A stretch of DNA of 64,000 nt from Takakia lepidozioides (taxonomy: Eukaryota; Plantae; Bryophyta): NCBI GenBank assembly GCA_030704615.1, contig CM060734.1, positions 8,370,001 to 8,434,000 on the forward strand, in the 5' to 3' direction. Shown here piece after piece: positions 52,815 through 64,000 of this stretch. Below the pieces are notes generated by a model. It saw only the letters and a list, made by a program, of their open reading frames with translations, did not search any database and was not told the DNA's origin. The position numbers and the translations under genes are program-made. Position 1 is the stretch's first letter. Every line of letters begins with the position of its first letter.

Positions 52815-55800
52815 TATCCTCTTGAGGGAGTCACTCCTCTCCATCTTCGACTGGCATAGTAATGACATTACATTGGAGGGTGACAAGGGGCCCCACAACA
52901 TCGTCAAGGCACAACTCACCTCAAAGGGTGGGTTTGGTGATCAAAAGAACCACCAGCTGTGCCTTCAAGGGCCTTCAATTTGCTGTCAACTATCAATCTC
53001 TTTAGTCGAGTCAGACCGCCATGAGTCATGGATGGAGAGAAACGGAAAACGGAATGATGGTCGACAGACGAATCGATTGCCCTCATTGTAGACCACGAGG
53101 ACGTAGCTTGGATACAAATTGTACAAAATCATGTCGTGTGTTGCGGACTCTAGTAACGTTAGTCTTTGATAAGGCTATACCCATGCTATTTATGGACATA
53201 TCCACATTAGTCTAGAAAAAAAAAGCTTCCACACGAATAATACGGAAAAACAGATCTTTTACTCTCCAAGGTAAGCATTTCTTTTCTAGGAGTAAAATGC
53301 ACACACATGATCAGTCTGGAAACTCGAAAATTTGGATTTTTGATGAAAACTGTCATATCTTCATTGATGCAGCCATGCCTGACATTGTGAAATACTTTGG
53401 AGGGTACCAACAAAGGCATGGTAGTATCTGGGGCAAGGGGGTGGCCCGCATCAAAACTGTCCTAGTACAATTGCAATAACTTCTATCTAATGTAAAGCAC
53501 ATCTATTCTTGCCTATACACACTAAATACAATCCTTTCCACAAATCATACTTTTGACATTTCTCTCCAACCCTTTTTTGCGGACCAGATCCAAGCTAAAT
53601 CTCAAGGTACGCACAGTCTCCAAAGAGACAGTAAACATTTGATGTTTGCTGAAGGTTTCTAGTTGTAAAGTTGTCGTTGAGCCTCAATACAATCGCACCT
53701 GTCAAGCATCACCAGAGCAACGTAGTTACATTGGTGAAAAAGAGAGCAATATATAGAGTGAAATGACTACACCCTTCCAGGTGTCAGGCTCCATGTGCTT
53801 CAGTCAGTAACAGTACACAGGGATACTAACTGGCAGAAACCCAATGCCTACAAGAAACACTCTTATAATCATGCAAGAGATGAGCAGTAGGTAGAAACAA
53901 TACCCGTAAGGTTGCTATCATCACAATGGCAACGATTGCAAGGGCAATGTTATGAATCTCTCTTTCTCCAGTTCAATCGTGACAGAATCCAGGCAGTCCA
54001 AATGTGCTTTTGCTTGAGTCACTGCAACTGTCGGTTCATTGATCAACCTTCTTTATATCTTGACAAAGACAACCAGCATGATGCTCAGTCTCTCTGTGAC
54101 TAAGGGTGGATCCAAGTGTGTATATGTATTACTTCCTCACTGAAGTACAGTGCTAATCTCCTCTCTGATCTCCTCCTAAGTCCTTGCTATCAACGTCCAT
54201 CATGACCGGTTTTCCCATCCCTGGCGCTTCTCTCTCTCTACCTCCAAGTCTACCATCTGAACTCCCCTTGTGATAATAATGAGAACTCTAGTTGTCATGC
54301 TGCTTCCCTGCCTTGTACCCTCCAAAAGCTGGTAGATTAGCCCTTCACAGGGGGCCACTCCACTCTGATCACCGCTCAACTGATTATTCTAATACTAAAC
54401 ACGTTACCTGCCTTGGGTGTACCTCTCCTCTGTGTGTTTAATACATGGCCAAGTGGCGCCTAATGAAGTCTTGATAATATCCTTAAGCCTAAAACGTAAT
54501 TATCAGCATCTGCTTAGTCATGTACCCCGTCGGTTCAGGGCGGCGCCCCTCCAGCCGTCGATGAGAGATGACTCCGGCCAAAGCCGGCGTAATTAAGAGC
54601 CACTTCGCCTCACGGCTACTACCCCTTTTTCGGGGGGGCCCTGTGAAACTAGAGGGTGCCCGAGGGGCACCCAGCAACCAAAGGAGAAATGATACCCGGG
54701 GGTACCTAAGAGATAGCGGATAGACTGGATTCAAGCTGTCTTTTGTTAGTGATAATATCAGTGAAAGAACGTATCGCCGTCAGATGGATTGCTTTAAAGC
54801 ATTTGTGTATGGGGGAAAAAGGGATTTTGAGGTTTTCGTGAAGAGCAGAGATGCTGGCATTATGGATGTCGCCTCTAGTGCCAGCGGTAATAACAGTTAG
54901 GGGGAGGGCCAAGTCAGGTCGCGTTGGGGTTTGCGACGTCCAGACGTCGCCGAAATGCCACAATGGCGAGGTTGCGATTCCCCGCAGTCGCATGCCTGCT
55001 GGGCGTCGCAAGTGCCCTCTTGCCTAGGGGTCTAGGATTGGGGATTGCTGCTACGTAATAATTGTTTTTTGGTTGTGTTTTGTTCTATGAATTCGACCCT
55101 TGCACCACTACATCCGTGCAAAATATTGGACCAAAAACAACTAAAAAATAAAAAAATGTTTTCTTCATTCACTATTGCAGAACTCTCTATGAATAGTGCA
55201 TGAAGTTGAAGACAACTCAACTTTGGAGTGCAAATGAGGGAAGAAAATACGGTTTTGGGGCCAAATTATTTTTATTCACTCTCAAATTTTTCACGCATAT
55301 TGCATATGTTATCATTAAGCATATGGTTTAAGAATGGAATAAAAATAAAATCATGTGCAAACGAAATACGGCTCTCTGGCTTTTATGCCAAAGACATCTA
55401 GTTTGATCATGGTGGCTTTTTGACAAGGTTATGGAATGCGGTTTCCAGACCTCTATTAAATGGCTCTGGCTTTATGGAGGATCAAGCCATCTCCAGGCCT
55501 TTATTAAAATGCTTGGCTTTATTTTATTTCTTGGCTTTATTGATAGTCAAACCAGATTACATTTCCCCAAGCCCTTGGGGTTATGACACGGTAAAGGTTA
55601 AGTGATTCTGGATATCCTTATTGTGACCTATATGCTCTGAATGTTTCTTATGGGGTGCTGGAATACCATTTCCAGATTTGCACCTGAAGGTATCTATGCT
55701 GGAAACCGCTTTACACAGGTGTATCCGTGTAAGTAAAATGCAGCAATGCACCTGCAACTAGTGTTTATGGCTCATTTCTTTCTATGAGGGCATAAATCAA

Positions 55801-58433
55801 GGGTGTTGATTGTCTCCTTCAATGATGAATGACCTGAAAGCTCAGTTTGAGACTCAGTTTTCTTAAAGGGCATGAATGATCTAGTGGCTGGCTTATAATG
55901 AGACTGCAATAAAGGGTATGCAGATCTGGTTATGCTATGTCAGATCTGTCATATGTTTTCATGACCCTTTGGCTTTATTTTTTACCTTGGCAATGCTTTG
56001 AAAGTTCTTGTGATGCACTGAAAACGACATGCTAGGGTTCTGGAACACTATATCCAGACCTGTGAAGTGTTTATGGGGTAGTAAACAGTGCTTGTATACT
56101 GCTGTAGCTTAAAAATTGCTGAGCAGCACATCCGAAGAGCTTTTTAGAAATCAGACATTCTATTAATGCTCCTTTAAGCATTTACAGACTGGTTTTGAGT
56201 TTGGTTTCTTAAGCATGCCTTAGTTATGCTATGGCCTTGGTATCGCTATGTTGTGATACATTGTCTAGCTCCAGACTTAAACCTGGTCATGAGGCAGTAA
56301 GCAGGGCCACTTCATTTGTTCTGGCTTAGATCTCCAGACTTGAAATTGCATAACTATTTAAGCCTCAGCTTTAAAGGGCAGAATCTATGATGATGGATCT
56401 TAGAGTGCAGATATTCTCATGTAAATGCATGATGTTAATCTGATTCTTGTCCATGCTACTAAGTTCTGGAAAACCGAATCCAGGCTTAAGAAGGTCTGTA
56501 ACATACAAAACTAGTATGTTCAAATGACTCTTTGCTCAAAAAGACACTTGATACAAGTTCATATGGGTAAGGCATTGAAAAGATTCGTACTTCAATTGTT
56601 TGAGACTCAAGGGCATGAATCTATGGTGACGGATTTCTTCGACACCTACCTTGTTTGCAAGCTCTTAACACATGTGTATGTCTAGTGGTTCTGTCATGCC
56701 TACAAGGTATGTAAGCTGATGCTGGAAACTATTTCATAACTGCTCATGGCATAAGACTGTTTTCTTATGAAATGAAGACTTTGAATTGAAGACTTTCTCA
56801 GGCAGCCCTCTCAGATGCAACTGAGTTGCTGCAAATGGTATAAAGCAAGGGGGTTGATGGTCTCTTTCAATGATGAATGGCCTTTAGAAAAAAACAACCC
56901 CCACCCTCCCACCCTGAGATTTCATGTACTCTGAAATCTACAGTTCAATCATTTGAGGAGATGTGCATGGAAGGAGGTGTTAGATGGTGCCATGTAAAGG
57001 GCTGATGATGTCTTTTAATTGACAATGACCCTACTGGTCTTGTATGCATCTTGTCATGACATTAATATCTTCCCTCTCTTCTATTGACCAGTGTACTTAT
57101 GTGGTGTTTGTACTGCTAAGAAACCATTTGGTGTGGTGCTTGCAAGGGTGTTTAGAGTAGGTAAGCATACCCATGATCTGAAGCATGCCCCCAAGAGAAA
57201 GTGCGAAGGCAGGGGGCATGTAGGAGTCATTCAGCAGAGTGTCGGGTTGAGTATCTCTGTCCATGCAACGCATGGCGGGATGGGAGGCCTCGTGTAGGTT
57301 CTTCGTCTGCTCTTGGCCAGCGTCCGGGTCAGAGGTAGTGCCAAGCATCCCAGATCGTGGTAGCAAAAACTCAATCGATCAACCAGATTCAAATATTGTG
57401 GGATGTCGCTGGTATGGATGAGACACAAGGATTGCTGGAGGTGATATTATACAGTATGCGATCCGCCACAGTAGACAACTGGCACGGGCTCACCAAAGCG
57501 GCAGTGTAGATCAACACAAATGGAACTTAGCCAAAGTAGAAGCCTGGGTCTTGCGGGCCTTCTTGTTGTGCAGCCCAACAGTTAAAACACTCCTCACATA
57601 GAGGAATGATTTGCGAAACCAAGCCTTAGTGTCTTTGTACATGAGTAGGGTCAGCGGGGGCCGCCCTATGGAGGGTTTCAAGCAGAACTCAGAGCAGAGG
57701 TCACACCTCGCGTCTGTATCGCAATACTCCCAGTCCATCGCGAGTGTAGAGAAGGTAAAAAGCAGCAGAGATGCTAACCAAACAGGAAGACTAACGGGAG
57801 AATGCTCTTCAGAAATGCAAGGAGATATAACCAGATAAGAGGGATTTGTTGTAAACCATACAATGTGGGCTCGAGCGATGGCCTAAGATGAGCGTTCCCA
57901 CTCCACAAACTGCAGGCAGCTTCTTCAGCTCAGTAGCAGATCAAGGTCAGGGGCCTGGCTTTGCGTCCGCGTGTGGAAGTGCATGTGAGTGAGCAACATA
58001 TTGTATGTCGTAGAAGTCCAGTGGGGTGCTTTCTTAATTGAGGAGTACCTAGAGTGAGCATCGGTAGCCCGCAGCCTCTGGTCCCTGTAGGTAGACTTTG
58101 GAGCTGGAAAACAACTCTCTGGAAAAGGAAACTGGAGAGAAGCAGAAGGCTTTGAGACATGTCGTAAGAATGCTTCAGCAAGTTGGCCCCTTGGTACAAA
58201 TCACCAGAGGTTTTCATTATGAGGCTCCTGTTGTGGGTTGTCGTTGTTGTGTCGTGCATTGGATGACTCGGCCATGACCGCGTCGTTGCGAGGTAGCAGT
58301 CAGCCGGAGATGTTAGCTACTTGGTCTCAGTCTTAGCGTGCCCGCAGGAAAGGACCAGCAAAGCAACTCCTAACAACATGAGATTCTTATTGTGGCTTAT
58401 TTTGTAACTCAAGCCTTTTAGTTCCAGCAGACA

Positions 58434-58839
58434 AGAGTTATCCGTAAAGTGAGCCTGAGTTTGGTACCCTGTTTGGACCCGAGTTACGTGTTTCATCCTG
58501 AGTTTGAGTTAATCCGTAAAGTGCAGAAAACTGAGCACGAAGTTAAAAAAAGAGGGCACCAAAAGTACAAGCCTTCAACAGGCTGAAAGCATGCTCCACA
58601 CATGCATTGCCCTCACATGCTGGGGATGAGGGCAACCGCTGCTATGGCGCGAGCTTGTGAGCTCTGACCGCCTCCGCCTCGACGACTAACAAAACTCGGC
58701 ACCAAACTCCTGCCACCCCCATTTTCCTAGTCCTGGCAGTTTGGTCCCGTGTTTTTTCCTAGTCGTACCGCTTGATCCTAAGTTTCGAGTTTCATACCGA
58801 GTTCTCATGCCGAGTTTGGGACCCTTTACGGATAACTCT
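58434..58839. mobile_element. Small non-autonomous TIR element (possibly hAT-like)
   Basis: Perfect 16-bp inverted repeat AGAGTTATCCGTAAAG / CTTTACGGATAACTCT; no TSD seen. Confidence 0.55.
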
Positions 58840-58856
58840 ATAATGACCATGGTGTC

Positions 58857-59710
58857 TGTTAACCGCTGGTTATGGACTTGGACAAAACAGGCTCTCACTA
58901 ATATTGCCCATCTCCTAAGACATGCAACAGAGGTTGTCCGACGGTATGTCTCTAGAAACGATTAAGGTTAGCTACACCTTGGCGTTTGATGAATCCACAT
59001 CTCTACAGGTTGCTTAATCCGACTGATTAAGCCTAACCTGCAGTTCAACCTAGCCTAAAATAGTCATAGAGGTTGAAACAACTTTGTTCATGTAGCAAAA
59101 CAGTAAACAAGACAACAAAGAACTATTCTGAGATGGTGCACATTCTCTCCATCTCACGTTCTCACATAATGCCCATTCTCTCCATCTCACAAGCACTCTA
59201 CAGAGATGTTTGGAATAGTTACTTCAGAGTCTCTCCATCATAACACAAGTACATATTGAATCGCTATGATTCTACACTGACACACTGATCCGTTCTAAGT
59301 TGCGTGCAGTTCTTTTATACTACGCTTGAAAGAGCCGTTTACAGTCTGCGGTCGTTAATGACCGTTGCCTAACTGCCTACGCAACCTAAAAGGTTTGCAA
59401 AAAAGTGGCCCGTGGCCGTGGTCGTGGCTCGTGTGCCTGTCGTGGTACACGGCCCACGGCCCTTCACTACCCTTTCTACTAGTAAAGCCTATGCTACCGT
59501 GGCCGTGTAGTATCGTGGTTCACGGCCCACGGCTGCTACACTACCCACTACTGCTCCCGTGGTAGTGTACCCTTGTTCCGCCATTGCTAAGTGCCCAGCA
59601 CTTAGCCTTTTCTGCTCGTGGCCGGGTAGTGCAAACCAATCACTACCCGCTATGTCCCATTGTGACTCCCGCTGCCCAGCCCTCGTGGCTATGTCACATA
59701 GCCGTTACCA
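58857..59710 (-). mobile_element. Solo LTR (Tat/Ogre-like family), TSD GTGTC
   Basis: TG...CA ends; GTGTC at 58852-58856 and 59711-59715; homologous to 36478-37108 plus 46836-47035. Confidence 0.9.
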
Positions 59711-60116
59711 GTGTCGCCGATTTGTTGATCCTTGAGTTGATAAGGTGCGCAGCCCGCTTCTCTTTCATTAGAACGTGGTGGGTGTACGCATTTCGGGGAG
59801 GTCCCGTCTGGGCCTGGATAGAAAGAGCAATCATCCTGATTGCCCAACAGACTTAAGCCGTAAGAGTGCGAGTGGGTCGTAAACAACATGAAAGTAAGAA
59901 AATAAGATAGCAGAAGCAACGGAATTAAGAGGCACAGCCTAGAGGGCCAGAGTTCGTAAGGGCAAGTGCATGGCAGACACGGGAGAAGAAGCTTAGAGAA
60001 CACAGCCCCGAGCTATGGCGGTGGCCAGGTCTGAAGATAAAGAGGGAGCTAGGATGGCGGAACCGCCGCAAAGGAGGGGAAAATGACACTAGAACATATA
60101 GGAAATCAGCAGAAAC

Positions 60117-62480
60117 CTAAAGCAGGAAGATAGCGGAGGATTTAGCAAAACGCATCGCGGGAGAGCGGAACTCTACCCTCCCACGGTCCCATGCCCTGAT
60201 CTTGGTCGAAAGAACTACGGAACATATGCACGTTTGCTGGAATTTGAAACCCAGGGGGGCCAACAGTACACTGACTGCACAAAATTCCGGACTGGCCCAC
60301 CTGCCAGGAACAAAGTTGAAGTCCCCATCCAGTGATCCGGTCTTGGTACTCAGGCCAGTACAGCTCTCATACACAAACGTGGATACTGACATGCATAGAA
60401 CATCAGCTTTAGAATGCCCTACATTACATAGCTATTGCCATCCAAAATGCCAAATTTACCAAGCAGTAGAAAGACAGTTTGAAACAGTCATGTTTCAAAC
60501 TATTAATACGCATAAGGCAAATTGAACATACCTTACCAATGACTGCATCTCCACGCACTTCCTGTACGTAAGACAAAGGCACATACGCACTGAGTAGGAA
60601 AACCGGAAGCTGTCCTCCAGCTCTTCTCTTCTCTGGACAACTCGTACTCCTTATATTCATGAACACATGGATTGGCGTTTTTTTATCACACTACATATGG
60701 ACCCTCACAATGTATAAAGATCCCCATGGAATAGTAGATTGTCTAGTTTGGCCAGACCTACAAACAAATTGATCCTAGGCCTATTAACATTTGTGAAGCT
60801 ATAAGCTTCCTAAAGTAAAGGGAAAAAATGCAGGGTTGACCTGAACAGCTCATGTAAGAGCTGTAGTGCAATAAAGCTCTGTCTCCGGGTACAGGCTTAG
60901 GCTCCGGCTTCCCTCAACACGCCATGCATGGAAAATCCCTTTCTGCAAACTTTGAGCATAACACTCTAGCCTCCGCAACATCCCGTCCTTCAACTCTCCC
61001 TCTCTTTCCTTTGAATGATCCGGTACACAATCCAGCATCTCTCCATCAATGAGCAAGTTGCTGGTTCCCACATACACATTGCGATCATCACAGCCCAGAA
61101 AGAAAAACCTGTTCAGATTAGACGATGTTGCAATAATGATGCGGTGTAATTCCTGGGGAAGCCAGAGACGAGGCACAATGCGTTGCGTCATTTTCAGAAC
61201 CTGCCGCGGCAGATGATATGTTCGGTTTGAAGATTCACTTAATAACAAAGCTAAACACAGAAGATGATCTACCAAGGGACACAACATTCACACCACATCC
61301 AATCTTTGATAAACAATGGTAGCCATCAAAAGCGATTGCATGCCCACCCCACTCTCACAAACAGGAGGCAGGGGACATCACACCTGGCGCAGAGACAGCA
61401 GATGAATATCAACAAAATGATGCGAAAAATTGTAGCCACCCATGATCCCCACGTAGTGTGCATCAAACCTTTGTTTCATCTTCATCAAATTCGTCTTGAC
61501 TGTTACGGAAGCGGTACAACAGACGTGCTGACAATGGAAGGCTGCAGCCAAGGTTTTCCTCTGTTTCCTCTAGTTCATGTTCAGAGACAGCTGTTGTACA
61601 CAGCAGGCGTGATCTGAGACAAGGCTGGTTCGGGGCAGAATACCAAAAGGGGAATAAATTTCAACAACATTGGAATATAACATTGAAGCAGAAGGGGCAC
61701 AGACCAATGCGTAGGGATAAAATTACCCTCTATAGAGAACAGCAGAAGAGCGTTATGATTTTAATACAGAAAAAGGAGAAACAAAGAATGGCGTCAATAT
61801 ATGCAGGTAGAATTGTCAACCTAACCTATCATGCTTTGAACACGGGGGTTGTTTGCCTCCTATGTCACGCCTCAATGCCAAGCCTTCAAGCATAGGTAGA
61901 AAATCCCTCCCTAATTCCCACACAGAAAGTACCGAATAACCTAACCTACTGTCAAATAAGTTTCCAGTGATTTTGCAGTTTGACCAGAACACAAGTAAAG
62001 AATGCTAGAGAGGCCAGGAGCTGTACCTAGTGCCGGTCACTTGTAAACCTCCTGAAAGTGCTCTTGCATCCATCCTTGCAGCATGTCCCAACAGTGCTTA
62101 GTGCGGGAAACTAAGGAGGCTGGATATATGTGGAACTCCTCCTTCCATGATTGGTATGCTGCTACCCATCAAAGAAAACAATCAATCAGTCCTCACTGGG
62201 AAGCTGCAATATTCGCTAAAATTCTGAGCTATTTCGTTTTAGACAACTCGAGCCTTCAAGCACCACAACAATGATTGCCACCACCAAGCACTCTCACACG
62301 AACTCACAACTCTTATTAAAGGAAATACTGTAAGCCATGAAACCTACATGTGAAACTTCCCACTGCTCTTCTGCAGCATCTTTCAACTCAAAATTTGCAG
62401 ACTGATCATTGTGCACGCAGGCTGCACACAGTGGTGGCGTCCAACACAAGCTGCAACAACGCTTCCTGCAGCTCCTCCAT
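60117..62480 (-). pseudogene. SKIP16: SKIP16-like F-box / SMI1-KNR4 / ApaG protein, decayed
   Basis: AYQSWKEEF..YP..CWD, SEHELEETEENLGCSLPLSARLLYRF, GIMGGY, FFFLGC..VYVGT.NL..DGEMLDCVP, FSYSVRM, VRGDAVIGK and FVYESCT..GSLDGDFNFVPG. Stops in the F-box region and a frameshift near 61470. Confidence 0.85.
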
Positions 62481-63651
62481 GGCGGCTATCACCCAAGCAA
62501 GATAAAATGATCAGTGAATTCTGCAGATTATATATCCGGTTATCAATCAACATATCAAGAACCCCACCTGTTTGACGTTCTTCATGTAAAGGCTCTCACT
62601 TGTCCTCTTCTAGTTTGTCTTCTCGGCCCCTGCAGACATGTGCACATCATGCAGCCAAGAGCGGGTCCACTGGCATCCCACATGCCTCCGTCTTTGTCGC
62701 CTACTATCGACAACGTGTGTTTCAGTTGCTTTGCAGAGAGCACAAGCCATCTTTATTTTGCATCGGGTCGATGTGACTAGCTCCGCGTCATCTCGTCTTC
62801 CGCCTCTGCCTGACACTTTGCCTATCTCCTTGCTTGATCTCCTCCAGGCTGTTGGCTAGGAGGGTCGCTCTGCTTGAGTAGTTTACTATAGCTTCTGTTT
62901 TCGTCGCTGGTTGAGTAGCTTACTATAGCTTTTTGTTTTCTCTTGTTTCTTGTTCCCCCCTTTTTGGGAACTTCACATCATATGCACGTTCACCCATTGT
63001 ACATGTTGTAAATAAAGTCTTACAGGGTTTCATCACCCTGATTTCTATGTAAGGCCAATCCCTTAGCCGACATTTCCGGTGGACCCTTGCCTAGTCATCT
63101 GCTTAAGCAGTATCCCATCTTTGCTGTAAGCACTGCCTATTCCACAAGGTTATATTTGCTGGCGTCTTGAGTGCAAGAGGCCTCCGCAGTTGCTAAGCCC
63201 TCCTCCACGTGCAACCACACTGCCTTTGTAAAGGATGATGAATGGATCGAACTAATGAATAGATGAACACCTTCCTCTGACACGTGCCCCCAGTAAAAGT
63301 ATTTAGTAGAATCTAGTACATTGATGCTTACTGGTTACAGAGATGCTGCTGGCTGCTCGGTGTCTCTCTGTCTTCAAAGGAGAGAGAGGATACCCAGCGG
63401 ATCTGCGAGACCCAACTGCAGCTCATGTAGTATTCTTTCACTTTTTGTCTAGAAAGAAAGAAGGGATAGGCTGTTTCTGCGTTTAGATTTATAGCTCTCA
63501 TATGCTCGTGATCTGGGCGCTGTCCAATTGTTCCAATAGTAGGCTCAATTTAAAAACCCATGACTGGTCTGTGTCCATTCCAGCTTAAGTTTCGGTTTTC
63601 TTGCAATCAGATGTGGATTTTTTTGTTTCTGGCTTTCGTCTGAATCCAGAG

Positions 63652-64000
63652 ATGGAGGGCAAGGAGGAGAGATTACTTGGCCGTGCGATTACAAACCATC
63701 TTTTTCTCTCGCAATTTGAGCCATTCCGTGCATGTCTTCTCACTTTGAGTGGCAGAAATCCGGTTCTTGCTCGCGACATTTATCAAGCAGTTATAAAGAA
63801 GGTATGGAATTTGAAGGGGGTGCTATGGTCGGACACTGTGCCCTCGCCGTCACATCTAGCCTGGCAGTGTTTGCAAGAGCTGTCTGCTATGGAGGATAAA
63901 GTGTTGGAGAGGGAGCAACCATCGGATGGAGAAAGAGAACACCAGGGGATTTTGCATCGCCGCCTCATTCATGATAGCATTGAATTCCTCTTGCTTGTAG
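63652..64000 (+). CDS. N-terminus of plant ZFYVE26/spastizin (SPG15)-like protein; runs off the window and is absent from the ORF track
   Basis: Open frame MEGKEERLLGRAITNHLFLSQFEPFRACLLTLSGRNPVLARDI..VLWSDTVPSPSHL..EFLLLV matches the conserved plant N-terminus as I recall it. Confidence 0.82.
   Translation, partial: MEGKEERLLGRAITNHLFLSQFEPFRACLLTLSGRNPVLARDIYQAVIKKVWNLKGVLWSDTVPSPSHLAWQCLQELSAMEDKVLEREQPSDGEREHQGILHRRLIHDSIEFLLLV

Noticed and set aside
55400-56900. Degenerate repeats (e.g. 55795-55840 similar to 56842-56883)
   Set aside because: No termini, TSD or coding signal that would allow a classification.

Overview
Eukaryotic nuclear DNA from a land plant, probably a non-seed plant (inferred from gene content and GT-AG introns; the species cannot be told from this window). 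Most of it is nested transposon debris around four host loci: an apparently intact 9-exon ANU10-like plastid protein gene (-), an intact 2-exon GnT-II/MGAT2 gene (+), a decayed SKIP16-like F-box/SMI1/ApaG gene (-), and the start of a ZFYVE26/spastizin-like gene (+, runs off the window). Recognisable elements are chromovirus-type Ty3/gypsy copies, a Tat/Ogre-like LTR family, a CACTA element, CRE-type and Penelope-like reverse transcriptase remnants, and MITEs. The main find is a TIR DNA-transposon family I cannot assign, present three times (A 1-7880, C 23380-24603, B 37239-41733). The copies share GGGA..CGTGAGCC termini, and the two complete copies have about 13-bp target-site duplications. 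A and B carry homologous, intron-containing genes for a prokaryote-like beta-class N4C/N6A DNA amino-methyltransferase; in A it is fused to an N-terminal ParB/Srx-like domain (WDGNHRL). B also has a divergently oriented SWIM-finger gene remnant. All three carry arrays of palindromes centred on GTTGAC with copy-specific arms, reminiscent of parS. All assignments come from reading motifs by eye; no searches were run.
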